Positions 39,114-48,066 of a stretch of DNA of 64,000 nucleotides are shown piece by piece; within the stretch, counting starts at the first letter, position 1; the number at the start of each line of letters is the position of its first letter. Source of the stretch: Bacillota bacterium (GTDB lineage Bacteria; Bacillota; Dehalobacteriia; UBA4068; UBA4997); assembly GCA_036677375.1 (NCBI GenBank), contig JAVBWO010000020.1, positions 26,960 through 90,959 of the forward strand. Reading direction: 5' to 3'. Position numbers and translations under genes: made by a program. The notes below the pieces were generated by a model. It had not been told where the DNA came from and made no database searches. It saw nothing but the letters and a program-made list of their open reading frames with translations.

Positions 39114-39554
39114 TTAACCGGTATAGATGGCCGATGCGAATTCAGCCGCATTTTGTAAAGTATCGTGTACCGGACAGTGGCTTTCGATAAATGTCACAAA
39201 TTGTTTGATCTCATCCTCGCTGTTATCCGCTTGGATATAGTATTTGGTTGTGATCTTGGAAAAACCGATTTTGGCATCTTGGTTGATTCCCATAAACCCG
39301 TCCAGATCTAAGACTCCCTCCAGTTCAATCCTGATATCTTGCAGGGAAATCCGGTTTTTTTGGGCAAAAGCTTTTGCCACGATGCATTTACAGGCACCCA
39401 GGGCGGAAAGCAATGCCTCAACAGGATTCATGCCTTTATCGTTACCGCCCAATGATTCCGGTTCATCCAAAGTAAATTTGAAATTTCTGGCTTCACATTC
39501 AACGGTAAGTCCGTTAATTGCTTTTGCTGTTGCCTTAAATATCATATTAGCCAT
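39114..39554 (-). CDS. OsmC/Ohr-family peroxiredoxin-like protein
   Basis: OsmC fold pattern with the Cys pair (LGACKC...; ...HCPVHDTL). Confidence 0.75.
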   Translation of the reverse strand: MANMIFKATAKAINGLTVECEARNFKFTLDEPESLGGNDKGMNPVEALLSALGACKCIVAKAFAQKNRISLQDIRIELEGVLDLDGFMGINQDAKIGFSKITTKYYIQADNSEDEIKQFVTFIESHCPVHDTLQNAAEFASAIYTG

Positions 39555-39843
39555 AAAATCACCTCTTTTTTGTTTGAATGTTCTTTAATATGGAATATTC
39601 CATTTGAAATTATACTTCTGGCAGATCTTAAAATCATATGATAGATGTATTTCCACAAGGACGTAGCACTTCCGATGAAAGCAATTCTATTTTAAACAAA
39701 TCACAAAGCATGATGCTGTTTTATGGAACGGGAGTTTTTCTGTCTTACAACGCAAGATTCACTTAAAGATCCACTTAAAGATCCTTTTGAAACCGCATCA
39801 CTATTTTGACTGCCCGATGAGCGACAAATCTTTTACATTCTCT

Positions 39844-39872
39844 CTTGACAGCGGCCGGATGGGGTGGTATAC
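39844..39872 (+). promoter_or_regulatory. sigma-A-type promoter candidate (TTGACA-17 nt-TATACT) for the GntR-ABC operon
   Basis: TTGACA at 39844-39849 and TATACT at 39867-39872. An AT-rich repeat (TAGTTAGTTAGTCAAG) follows between the promoter and the RBS and may act as an operator. Confidence 0.45.
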
Positions 39873-39926
39873 TTCTGTTATAGTTAGTTAGTCAAGTAAT
39901 TAACCAGTTAGATAAGGAGGGGAAAC

Positions 39927-40295
39927 GTGTATATCAATTTTGAGTCTGAAAAGCCCATCTTCTCGCAGATTGCGGAAGGCTTGGAAGACGCTATCCTGGC
40001 CGGCGCCTTTCCGGAAGAAAGCCAGATACCCTCCATCACCGAGTTTGCAGTTAGCTTGAGGATCAATCCGGCGACCGCGTTGAAGGGTATCAATCTCTTA
40101 GTTGACCAAGGGATCGTATACAAGAAGCGCGGCATTGGCATGTTCGTGGCGGCGGGAGCAGTGGAAAAGCTTATTCAAAAAAGAAAAGAGAAATTCTATG
40201 ACGGCTATGTTTTGGGTCTTGTCGGAGAAGCCAAACGGCTTGGGCTGACGGAACCCGAGATCAAAGCGATGATAGAAAGAGGGTTTGGCAAATGA
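39927..40295 (+). CDS. GntR-family (YtrA-subfamily) transcriptional regulator
   Basis: 122 aa. A winged HTH followed by a short C-terminal domain. RBS AAGGAGGGG upstream of the GTG. Confidence 0.75.
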   Translation: MYINFESEKPIFSQIAEGLEDAILAGAFPEESQIPSITEFAVSLRINPATALKGINLLVDQGIVYKKRGIGMFVAAGAVEKLIQKRKEKFYDGYVLGLVGEAKRLGLTEPEIKAMIERGFGK

Positions 40296-41140
40296 ATGGT
40301 ATCGAAATTAATAATGTAAGTAAAAATTATGGCGCAGTGCGGGCTCTTGACAATATCTGCCTACGCTTCGAAGAAAACAAAATATATGGCCTGCTTGGCC
40401 GAAACGGAGCCGGGAAAACCACATTGCTCAATATCATTACCGGACGCATCTTTGCGGATTCGGGCGAGGTGCTGGTTGACGGCGCGCCTGCCCTTGAAAA
40501 CGACGAGGCGCTGCATAAGCTCTATCTGATCAGCGAAAAAATGCTTTACCCCGAAAGTATGAAGCTCAGGGAAGCTTTCCAATGGACAAAAAGGTTTTAC
40601 CCCGAATTTGACGCAGTCTATGCCGAGAAGCTGGCCCGGCAGTTTGCCCTTGATACGGGTAAACGGGTCAAATCCCTATCGACGGGCTATACATCCATTT
40701 TCAAGCTGATCATTGCTTTATCGGTAAATACGCCGTACATCCTGTTTGACGAGCCGGTCCTTGGTCTGGATGCCAACAACCGCGATTTGTTCTATCGGCT
40801 GCTTCTTGAGAAATTCAGTGAAAATCCCTGTACGGTGGTGATATCCACTCATTTAATCGAGGAGGTTTCATCTGTCATTGATGATATCATCATCATCAAA
40901 AACGGTTCTGTCATTAAAAATGAATCCCGTGAAGCGCTTCTTGCAAAGGGCTATACTGTTACCGGTACCGTGCAGAAGATCGATGCCTACCTACATGGGA
41001 AAAATGTCATCGGGGTTGACAGTTTGGGCGGCCTGAAAACGGCGTATATTCTTGGCGACATCGATTGTGATATTCCCGAAGGCATTGAAATCACCAAGCT
41101 TGACCTACAGAAGCTGTTTATTCAGCTGACCAATTCCTAA
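40292..41140 (+). CDS. ABC transporter ATP-binding protein
   Basis: Walker A GRNGAGKTT, signature LSTGYTSIFKL, Walker B ILFDEP. Confidence 0.8.
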   Translation: MNGIEINNVSKNYGAVRALDNICLRFEENKIYGLLGRNGAGKTTLLNIITGRIFADSGEVLVDGAPALENDEALHKLYLISEKMLYPESMKLREAFQWTKRFYPEFDAVYAEKLARQFALDTGKRVKSLSTGYTSIFKLIIALSVNTPYILFDEPVLGLDANNRDLFYRLLLEKFSENPCTVVISTHLIEEVSSVIDDIIIIKNGSVIKNESREALLAKGYTVTGTVQKIDAYLHGKNVIGVDSLGGLKTAYILGDIDCDIPEGIEITKLDLQKLFIQLTNS

Positions 41141-41153
41141 GGAGGCCTTCAAT

Positions 41154-41903
41154 ATGAATGTAAAGATTGCATACAAGTATCAACTGGCAGACCATAAAAA
41201 ATCCATTCTTACTTTTTACTGCATCATATTCGCTATATTGATCATGCTGTCTGTTGTTACGGTGGACCTTGGCAATTCTAGTTCAACCTTTGGCGGTATG
41301 GAATCTGCAACGGCGATTTTTGCTTTTGTGGCCGGTTTGAGTTTTTTTAAAGAACCCTTTTTCATGCTTATGCAAAACGGAGTTTCCCGAAAAAGTGTCT
41401 TTAAATCCCGGATCTTGGTTACGCTAACCGTTGCCGGCATTATGGCGGCGGTGGATCAGATTGTTCTCGTGCTGGGTAAGGCAATCGCAGCATTCAACGA
41501 TGGTTTTCAATACCTTTCTCTTTTTGAGCAGATCTACCAAAACCGGCTCGCGCAGGAAAGCGCTTTTTTCCTTCACATCAATATCTATCTGTTTGACGGT
41601 CTTTTATACCTTTCGTGCATTGTCATAGGCTATTTTATTTCTATCATGTTCTACCGTTTGAACAAAGCCGGTAAAATAGCCGTTGGCGCCGGGGTTCCTG
41701 TGGGACTTCTCATTCTCTTGCCCATTATTGACTCTACGCTTTTCCATTCCAGAATCAGCGCTGCGTTCGCCCGTTTCTTTGACATCGCTTTCGGCTACAG
41801 CGCCGGCAATCCTTTTGCCGCTATGATAACCTTTACCGTTTCTTTCCTTATCATTAGTCTTTTCACTTGGCTTTTGATGAAAAAGGCGGCTGTGAGGGCC
41901 TAA
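41154..41903 (+). CDS. ABC-2-type transporter permease / membrane protein
   Basis: Six TM helices. Third gene of the YtrA-like operon. Confidence 0.6.
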   Translation: MNVKIAYKYQLADHKKSILTFYCIIFAILIMLSVVTVDLGNSSSTFGGMESATAIFAFVAGLSFFKEPFFMLMQNGVSRKSVFKSRILVTLTVAGIMAAVDQIVLVLGKAIAAFNDGFQYLSLFEQIYQNRLAQESAFFLHINIYLFDGLLYLSCIVIGYFISIMFYRLNKAGKIAVGAGVPVGLLILLPIIDSTLFHSRISAAFARFFDIAFGYSAGNPFAAMITFTVSFLIISLFTWLLMKKAAVRA

Positions 41904-42031
41904 GCCGGCATAGGGTTGGAAAGGATTGTTGGAAAGCAGGGAAAGGTAAATGCCGCTTTTCTATTAGAGATTGATGGATGATGTGTAAAATCCTTTTCAA
42001 ATAAAATTGGTTCTGGCATGATCGTTTCGGC

Positions 42032-42088
42032 AAAATAAAACCGGAGCGCGGCATCTTTTATTGATGCCGCGCTCCGGTTTTATGTTTG
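42032..42088. terminator. strong bidirectional terminator between convergent operons
   Basis: A-run, then CCGGAGCGCGGCATC-TTTTATT-GATGCCGCGCTCCGG, then T-run. Confidence 0.8.
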
Positions 42089-42092
42089 ATCA

Positions 42093-45000
42093 TTAGCCGA
42101 TCATGCTCTGCAGAAGTAGCGCAATCATTTTAGCCGCCTCGGCGCGGGTGGCATTTGCCATAGGGGCAAAGCTGCCGTTGCTGTTGCCGGAGATGATACC
42201 TGCTTTCTGCATCATCGTTACCGCGTTACCGGCATAGGAAGCAATGGCTTTGTTGTCGCTAAAGGTTACGGCGCTCTTGGTTTCAGGCAGGGTCGCATTG
42301 GCGATCTTATCGGCATACCGCGAGATCATCACCGCGATATCCTGACGGGTAATGGATGCGTTAGGATCGAATTTGCCGTCCATGCCGTTAGCCACGCCCT
42401 TTTCATACGCCCATTGCACTGCCGCAAAATACCAGGCGGCAGTGGGGACGTCGGTAAAGGAGGAAGTGTGATATCCTGTCAGGTCGTCACCGGAGAGGTT
42501 GGCTAAGATGGTGGCCAGCTGGGCCCGGGTGATATTGTCGTTGGGATCAAATTTGCCGTCCGTGCCGTTGATGATGCCGCGCGCCGCCAGAAAATCCACA
42601 TAATCCTGGTACCAACCGGAAACATCGGAGAAGCTTACCTTGTGATAGGCCACCGCGTAGATGGAAAAGTGCGTTACGCTAAAGGTCACCATGCCGGTTT
42701 TGGCGTCATAGACGCAGTTGGGTACCATGACAAGCTCGCCGCCGGGAGTGATATAATAGATCACGATCTGATCCGTGTCCTCGCCATCTTCCGGGGTATA
42801 AGGCAGGCTGACTGTCACGGCGCCGCCGCCCAAGTTCGAGAGGGTCTTATTACCGCTGGTTACGGTAAAATCATAAACCGGCCTGTTGCCGATTTGCGCC
42901 TGCGCTTCTTTGGAAAGGGTCAATCTGTCAACGGCCGCGACGGTTATGTCGATATCGCTTGTGGTCTGACTGTTCCATTGTTGAAGCGTCTTAGTGTCAA
43001 AGGTCAGGATCCCGACGGGGGTGGAAAGCTTGAGCTGGTTGATGAAGCTATCCACCAGCGACCCGAGGGCACCGGCGGGAATGCGCAATGTAAAGCCGGA
43101 GGCCGTATCCGCTCCCGCGATATCCACTTCAAAGATGATATCATCAACGCCGAATGCCGCAGTTTTCTCGGCTGCTTCTTTTATGGCTTGGGTGATTAGT
43201 TTCTCTGTCAGTGCAAAGTCAATTGTCCCGGATTGATTCAGTACGGCGTCGATAGTAACCGTTACGGTGTTTGGAGCTGTATGCGTATCATCTGTCTCCG
43301 GGGTGGCGGAACCGTCGCCCAGGGAAGAGCCGTTGCTTTTGCCCCGGATGGTCAGGATACCGTCGGCGGTGACGATCTCATAATTGTCCGCCGTTGCCGC
43401 GCCCGTTGTTATCACGATGCTGTAGGTACCTGCGGTATTGCTGCCGGTCAGTACGCTGTTGTCGGTATTTCGTATCTCCATGGTAAAGGGTGTGGTCACC
43501 GTGAGCAGATCTTTGGTATCGCCGCTTAAGAATCCGCTGTATGCGAGTTCCGGAACCGGCAGGGCCGCGCCTGTGGTGATGATTACGTCTTTCGCCTTGA
43601 TGGTGAGTACTTTTTTCGATACAGTAAGATTGACGCTGCCCGAACTGTTGCTGTAATCCGTTTCCGTAGCGCTGTCGGCCGTAAACTGGGCGCCCACGGT
43701 GTAGGCGCTGCTCTTAAAGGGTAGGCTGTTCTTGTCAAGAGTGATGGAGGCTGTATGATTGGAGATGGTGGCCGGGTTGCCGACATTGACGCCGTCCAAG
43801 GTAAACTGGACCGTTCCGGCTAACGCTGCCTCATCGTCGCTTCCCACATGGGCTGTGAGGACAGCGCTCTCGCCGTAGATGAGGGACGTGTCGTTTGCCG
43901 TTACCGTCGTGACGGTAGCTTTTTTATCCAAAAGGCTTACGCCGGCGGTTTGATCGGTTGCTGTATAGGCTTTATAATTTGCTGTTTCGGTTGGGATGTT
44001 TGCCGTAAAGGTTGCTTCCTGGCCGGAGGAGTAGGTCGCTGGCATGGTATAAATCGCTGTATAGACTCCCGGCGTCGCGGATGCGGACAAAGCCGCTTTC
44101 AAGGTTGCCCCTGTGGCGGCGAGGTTGATTTCGCCAACAGAGGGGAACCCGTCGGCAGGTGAGCCGGAAGGCGGAGCCACCGTTACGGTAGCCTTCACAT
44201 CCTGGCCGTACATTTGCCCGCTGGGGTGATCGGTGCTCACTGTAATGACTGGGTTAGCTTTCTTGATGATGAATGATACCCGATTGGTCGCTGAAGTCGT
44301 CAGCTCGCATGCCTCCGCAACGGCTTCCATATAATAGCTCCCCGCATTTTTCGGCGCGGACCCTTCCAAAACAGAGCCGCTGTTGGACGGTGTGGTTTTG
44401 GTATATTGCTGGTCAATATAATAGATCAATTGCACCTCGCTGACGCCCGGAATCCCGGCGGCATTATCCGTAACGGTACCGGCATAATTGATGACGCTGC
44501 CGTTATAGGTGTGTTCTTCGTCTGTGATGGAAAGCATCCTGACCCCAAAATTACCATATATCGTATCGTCTATGGTAAGGCTTGGTACCGAGTTAATGGG
44601 CGTAGACAGGGAAACTTCTTTAAACCAGCCTAAAAAGGGCTTGCCATTGGTTCCGGTCGCTGTTTCCGGCAAGGCTACCGAGCCGTCCGAGTTGGAATAG
44701 ACGACAATCGGAGCTGCGCTTCCGGAAAGAGTTAGTTTGTAAACGGCAAAATGTGTCGAATCCGCGAAAACCGGGGTCGTACCTTGAGCCCAAATACCGC
44801 TGTTGGGTTCCGCGCCGTTTGTCGTATTGAATATCCAGGCCATTTCCACCGTAGCAAGCTCCGCCCCAGTTTTCGCCGTCGCTTCGCTGGAGCCGGGTAC
44901 GGCGCTGCCGAGATAATAACAGTTTGTTACGGTGGCGTTATTGGACGGTTCCGTTTCATCCGCATAGATGTCGCCCGCCACATTGCCCGCGTTGCCGTCA

Positions 45001-47546
45001 ATGGCGATACCCATAACGTCACCGGTGGCGTAGCAGTTTTTCACTGTACAATTATTGCTGAGATAACCCACGATGCCGCCGGCATCGTCCTGAGTGCAGG
45101 TGACATTGCCGGTTGTGTAGCAGTTTTGTAGGGTTCCGCCTCCGGCCACGTAACCGGCGATGCCTCCGACATCTTCGATGCCGGACACATCCCCCGTGGC
45201 AAAGCAAGTTTGTACGGTTCCTTCATATAAGTAGCCGACGATGCCGCCGAAATTGTAGGTGCTTGATTGTTCGCCGCTCACAGATGCCGATGAGCTGCAT
45301 TTTTCCACCAAGCCGGTAGACCCGATACTCCCTGCAATGCCCCCAAAGCTGTCGCTGCTACTGATTGTGCTCTCGACGCTTCCGGCTGCGTGGCAGTTTC
45401 TTACGGTTCCTTCTACCTTGCCTGCGATACCGCCGACATTTCCGTAGCCGCTGACGCTGCCCGATAAGGTGCATTCTTCAACGTTGGCGCCGCTTTTGAC
45501 ATATCCCGCGATGCCGCCGATGTAATTGCGGGAATGGGTGCAGCTGACACTGGCGTTGGTCAATTCGACGCCTTTCACCAAAGCGCCGCTGCCGAGATAA
45601 CCGAATAAGCCTTGATTGTCATAGTCCAGCCCACTTACCGCCAGATGTTGGATTTCATAACCGCAGCCGTCAAAATTGCCTGTAAAAGGATTGGTGCTTG
45701 TGCCTATGGGCGTCCAGCTTGCATACGGAATCAAATCGATATCGTTCATCAGTTTATAATAAGCGGCTGCGAAGGTTGTGTCGTCATTCTTAATTTTTTC
45801 TGCTACCGCGGCCAGTTGAACCGCATCCGTGATCTGATATTGATCTGTGGATGAACCTGTTCCGGCGCCAGCCGGGAAGGGTTCTATGTAGAGGGGCAAT
45901 GTCGCGTTTTGCGTGCCACCGGTATTGGGCAAGGTCGGCAGACTGCCGGCCGTAAAGATCCAGCCGTTGGCAGAAGTAAAGCCGGCGTCCGTCCAGGGAT
46001 CGGCTGTCTTTAGTTGGGTCGCCGACTTGCCTTCACCGTCATTGCCGGTGGTGTTATCGGTAGGCGTATAGAGTACGCTGTTTAACATGATAGGCATGGC
46101 GCTCCAGGCAAGATTGCTCTCGGCGGTAATAAATCCGGAATAAATTCGGTGCGCCATCGCATCGGTGCCGTCGGAAGAAAGGCTTGCGTTTAAGGCGACG
46201 CAATTCTGTATCTTGCCGCTGCTTGTGCCGTAACCGGCAATGCCGCCGATATCATTGGGGCCGTTTACGGTTCCTGTGGCATAACAATTCGTAATGAGGG
46301 TGTTTGATGTCTGAGAACCGGCGACAACGCCTGCGATTCCGCCGGCCGATTGGAAGCTGGCCTCAATATCGCCTCTGCTATAACAGGCGGATATCGTGCC
46401 GCTGTCTTTTATCTCACCGGCGATACCGCCGATATATTGTATAGCGGTAATATCTCCGGTGGAATAACACTGAGAGATTACCGTGTTGCCTGAAGCACTG
46501 CCTGCGATGCCACCCACCCTGGTGCTGCCGTTTATATCGCCTGTTGTATAACAGTTTTCTATCGTGCAGCCGGCAGAGGAGCCGATCATGCCGCCGGCAT
46601 GATCGTTAACGGTTAACTCTCCCGTTGAATAACAGCCTTGTATGGTAATTGCATCACCTTTTCCCAACACACCGCCGGAATAATATCCGGTTGTGCTCAC
46701 CGTGCCGGTATTGTAGCAACCTGTTATATCGCCGTTTGATGTTCCGGCCACACCGCCGGCAATGCCAAACGCAGCAAATTCATTTCCATTGTAATAGGCC
46801 TCCGATGTGCCCACTGCACCGGTATTGTAGCAGCCGGTTAAGCTGCCGCTGCCGCCAACGGCGCCGGATATGCCGCCAATGGCGCCGAAGCCGATAACGG
46901 AGCCCTCATTGTAGCTGTTGCTGACGGCTCCTGCACTGATTCCTACTAGACCGCCCACACAATTGGTTCCTCTGATGGCGCCGCTATTGCTGCAGTTGTC
47001 CATGGTTCCGGATATAGTTTGGCCGACGATGCCTCCCACTTGATTGCCGCCGAGAATAAAGGATTGGGAGACTATAAGATTTTGGATGACGGCCCCGCTG
47101 CAATACCCGAATAAGCCCTGATAATCATTGTCCGTACTGATATAAATGCCGCTGATGGTATGATTTTGCCCGTTAAATGTGCCGCGGAAGGGTTTATCGT
47201 TTTCGCCGTCCACATAGAGGCCGATGGGCGTCCAGCCATTGGCCGGCGCGGTGTCATCGTCCCAATCCGTCCAATTGCTGGTGCCGTTGAGTTCAATATC
47301 GGCATTTAACTTAATGGTCTTGTTGTAAAAATCGGTACCGCCGTTGACCAGGCCGGACAGGCCAGCCAGGTCGGCCGCGTCGGAAATGGTGAACTCTGAA
47401 GCGGATGTGTCCGCCGTATACCATGTCGTATCAGCTTCTGTTCCGTTCCAGGCAGCAACTGCTGTTAGCTCCATTGCCAGCAGCATGATAATTGCCATAC
47501 TTAAAGTCAAAATAAGAGCGAACCATTTAGCAGAACCTTTTTTCAT
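42093..47546 (-). CDS. giant (1817 aa) cell-surface protein: signal peptide, about 20 GLUG-type Gly-rich beta-helix repeats, Ig-like domains and three C-terminal SLH domains
   Basis: N-terminal signal peptide. Repeats of the ...GG(I/L)(A/V)G...G.I.NCY... type. Thr/Ser-rich Ig-like segments. The C-terminus carries three S-layer-homology motifs (FSDVSGWYQDYVDFLAARGIINGTDGKFDPNDNITRAQLATILANL; FTDVPTAAWYFAAVQWAYEKGVANGMDGKFDPNASITRQDIAVMI; FSDNKAIASYAGNAVTMMQKAGIISGNSNGSFAPMANATRAEAAKMIALLL). Confidence 0.8.
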   Translation of the reverse strand: MKKGSAKWFALILTLSMAIIMLLAMELTAVAAWNGTEADTTWYTADTSASEFTISDAADLAGLSGLVNGGTDFYNKTIKLNADIELNGTSNWTDWDDDTAPANGWTPIGLYVDGENDKPFRGTFNGQNHTISGIYISTDNDYQGLFGYCSGAVIQNLIVSQSFILGGNQVGGIVGQTISGTMDNCSNSGAIRGTNCVGGLVGISAGAVSNSYNEGSVIGFGAIGGISGAVGGSGSLTGCYNTGAVGTSEAYYNGNEFAAFGIAGGVAGTSNGDITGCYNTGTVSTTGYYSGGVLGKGDAITIQGCYSTGELTVNDHAGGMIGSSAGCTIENCYTTGDINGSTRVGGIAGSASGNTVISQCYSTGDITAIQYIGGIAGEIKDSGTISACYSRGDIEASFQSAGGIAGVVAGSQTSNTLITNCYATGTVNGPNDIGGIAGYGTSSGKIQNCVALNASLSSDGTDAMAHRIYSGFITAESNLAWSAMPIMLNSVLYTPTDNTTGNDGEGKSATQLKTADPWTDAGFTSANGWIFTAGSLPTLPNTGGTQNATLPLYIEPFPAGAGTGSSTDQYQITDAVQLAAVAEKIKNDDTTFAAAYYKLMNDIDLIPYASWTPIGTSTNPFTGNFDGCGYEIQHLAVSGLDYDNQGLFGYLGSGALVKGVELTNASVSCTHSRNYIGGIAGYVKSGANVEECTLSGSVSGYGNVGGIAGKVEGTVRNCHAAGSVESTISSSDSFGGIAGSIGSTGLVEKCSSSASVSGEQSSTYNFGGIVGYLYEGTVQTCFATGDVSGIEDVGGIAGYVAGGGTLQNCYTTGNVTCTQDDAGGIVGYLSNNCTVKNCYATGDVMGIAIDGNAGNVAGDIYADETEPSNNATVTNCYYLGSAVPGSSEATAKTGAELATVEMAWIFNTTNGAEPNSGIWAQGTTPVFADSTHFAVYKLTLSGSAAPIVVYSNSDGSVALPETATGTNGKPFLGWFKEVSLSTPINSVPSLTIDDTIYGNFGVRMLSITDEEHTYNGSVINYAGTVTDNAAGIPGVSEVQLIYYIDQQYTKTTPSNSGSVLEGSAPKNAGSYYMEAVAEACELTTSATNRVSFIIKKANPVITVSTDHPSGQMYGQDVKATVTVAPPSGSPADGFPSVGEINLAATGATLKAALSASATPGVYTAIYTMPATYSSGQEATFTANIPTETANYKAYTATDQTAGVSLLDKKATVTTVTANDTSLIYGESAVLTAHVGSDDEAALAGTVQFTLDGVNVGNPATISNHTASITLDKNSLPFKSSAYTVGAQFTADSATETDYSNSSGSVNLTVSKKVLTIKAKDVIITTGAALPVPELAYSGFLSGDTKDLLTVTTPFTMEIRNTDNSVLTGSNTAGTYSIVITTGAATADNYEIVTADGILTIRGKSNGSSLGDGSATPETDDTHTAPNTVTVTIDAVLNQSGTIDFALTEKLITQAIKEAAEKTAAFGVDDIIFEVDIAGADTASGFTLRIPAGALGSLVDSFINQLKLSTPVGILTFDTKTLQQWNSQTTSDIDITVAAVDRLTLSKEAQAQIGNRPVYDFTVTSGNKTLSNLGGGAVTVSLPYTPEDGEDTDQIVIYYITPGGELVMVPNCVYDAKTGMVTFSVTHFSIYAVAYHKVSFSDVSGWYQDYVDFLAARGIINGTDGKFDPNDNITRAQLATILANLSGDDLTGYHTSSFTDVPTAAWYFAAVQWAYEKGVANGMDGKFDPNASITRQDIAVMISRYADKIANATLPETKSAVTFSDNKAIASYAGNAVTMMQKAGIISGNSNGSFAPMANATRAEAAKMIALLLQSMIG

Positions 47547-47716
47547 ACGTCAATCCCCCATATTCATTTTTTTGATCTACCGTTTCAACCAATGTCACCA
47601 ATTTAACAATTTAACTATATTTAACTACATGCTTTACTTCCACAGTGCATACTGAAATATTTTAACATTATAATCTGCCGGTAGGGTTTATGAACTGATT
47701 ATATATTTATATTGAG

Positions 47717-47953
47717 TTATCCCAACAATATGATCTCCATCAGCTCATTTACCGTTAACCGCAGACGTCCGCCGCCCCATATGACATAATCGCCGTCGGT
47801 CTCGGCGGTCTTGAAAAACGTCTCGTCGGCAAGGTCCGCATATTTCATGGTTTCCAGCTTACCGGAAAGATCTACCGTTACATTGCTGCCGCCTGCCATT
47901 TCCATAAACAACCTGTAATCCTTCATGGGTACAACGGATTTGATATAGCTCAT
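47717..47953 (-). CDS. DUF2442-family small protein
   Basis: The 78-aa version starting MSYIKSVVPMKDY matches DUF2442 proteins. The ORF track extends it to 47989. Confidence 0.5.
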   Translation of the reverse strand: MSYIKSVVPMKDYRLFMEMAGGSNVTVDLSGKLETMKYADLADETFFKTAETDGDYVIWGGGRLRLTVNELMEIILLG

Positions 47954-48066
47954 GGCCACATCTCCTTTCCCGGCGTTTCCTATACGCATAAAAAACCACC
48001 CTATATTAATTATAGGATGGTTTTTTCATATTCGCGCCGTCCGAATGGACGGTTTTTATCAACGAA

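Noticed and set aside
42642-47305. Numerous 60-185-aa ORFs on the + strand (e.g. 42642-43199, 44751-45131) and an alternative frame inside the giant surface-protein gene
   Set aside because: They lie antisense or out of frame within a continuous 1817-aa ORF with coherent domain structure. Their Gly/Arg/Cys-rich translations are a frame artefact of the repetitive GGN-rich coding sequence.
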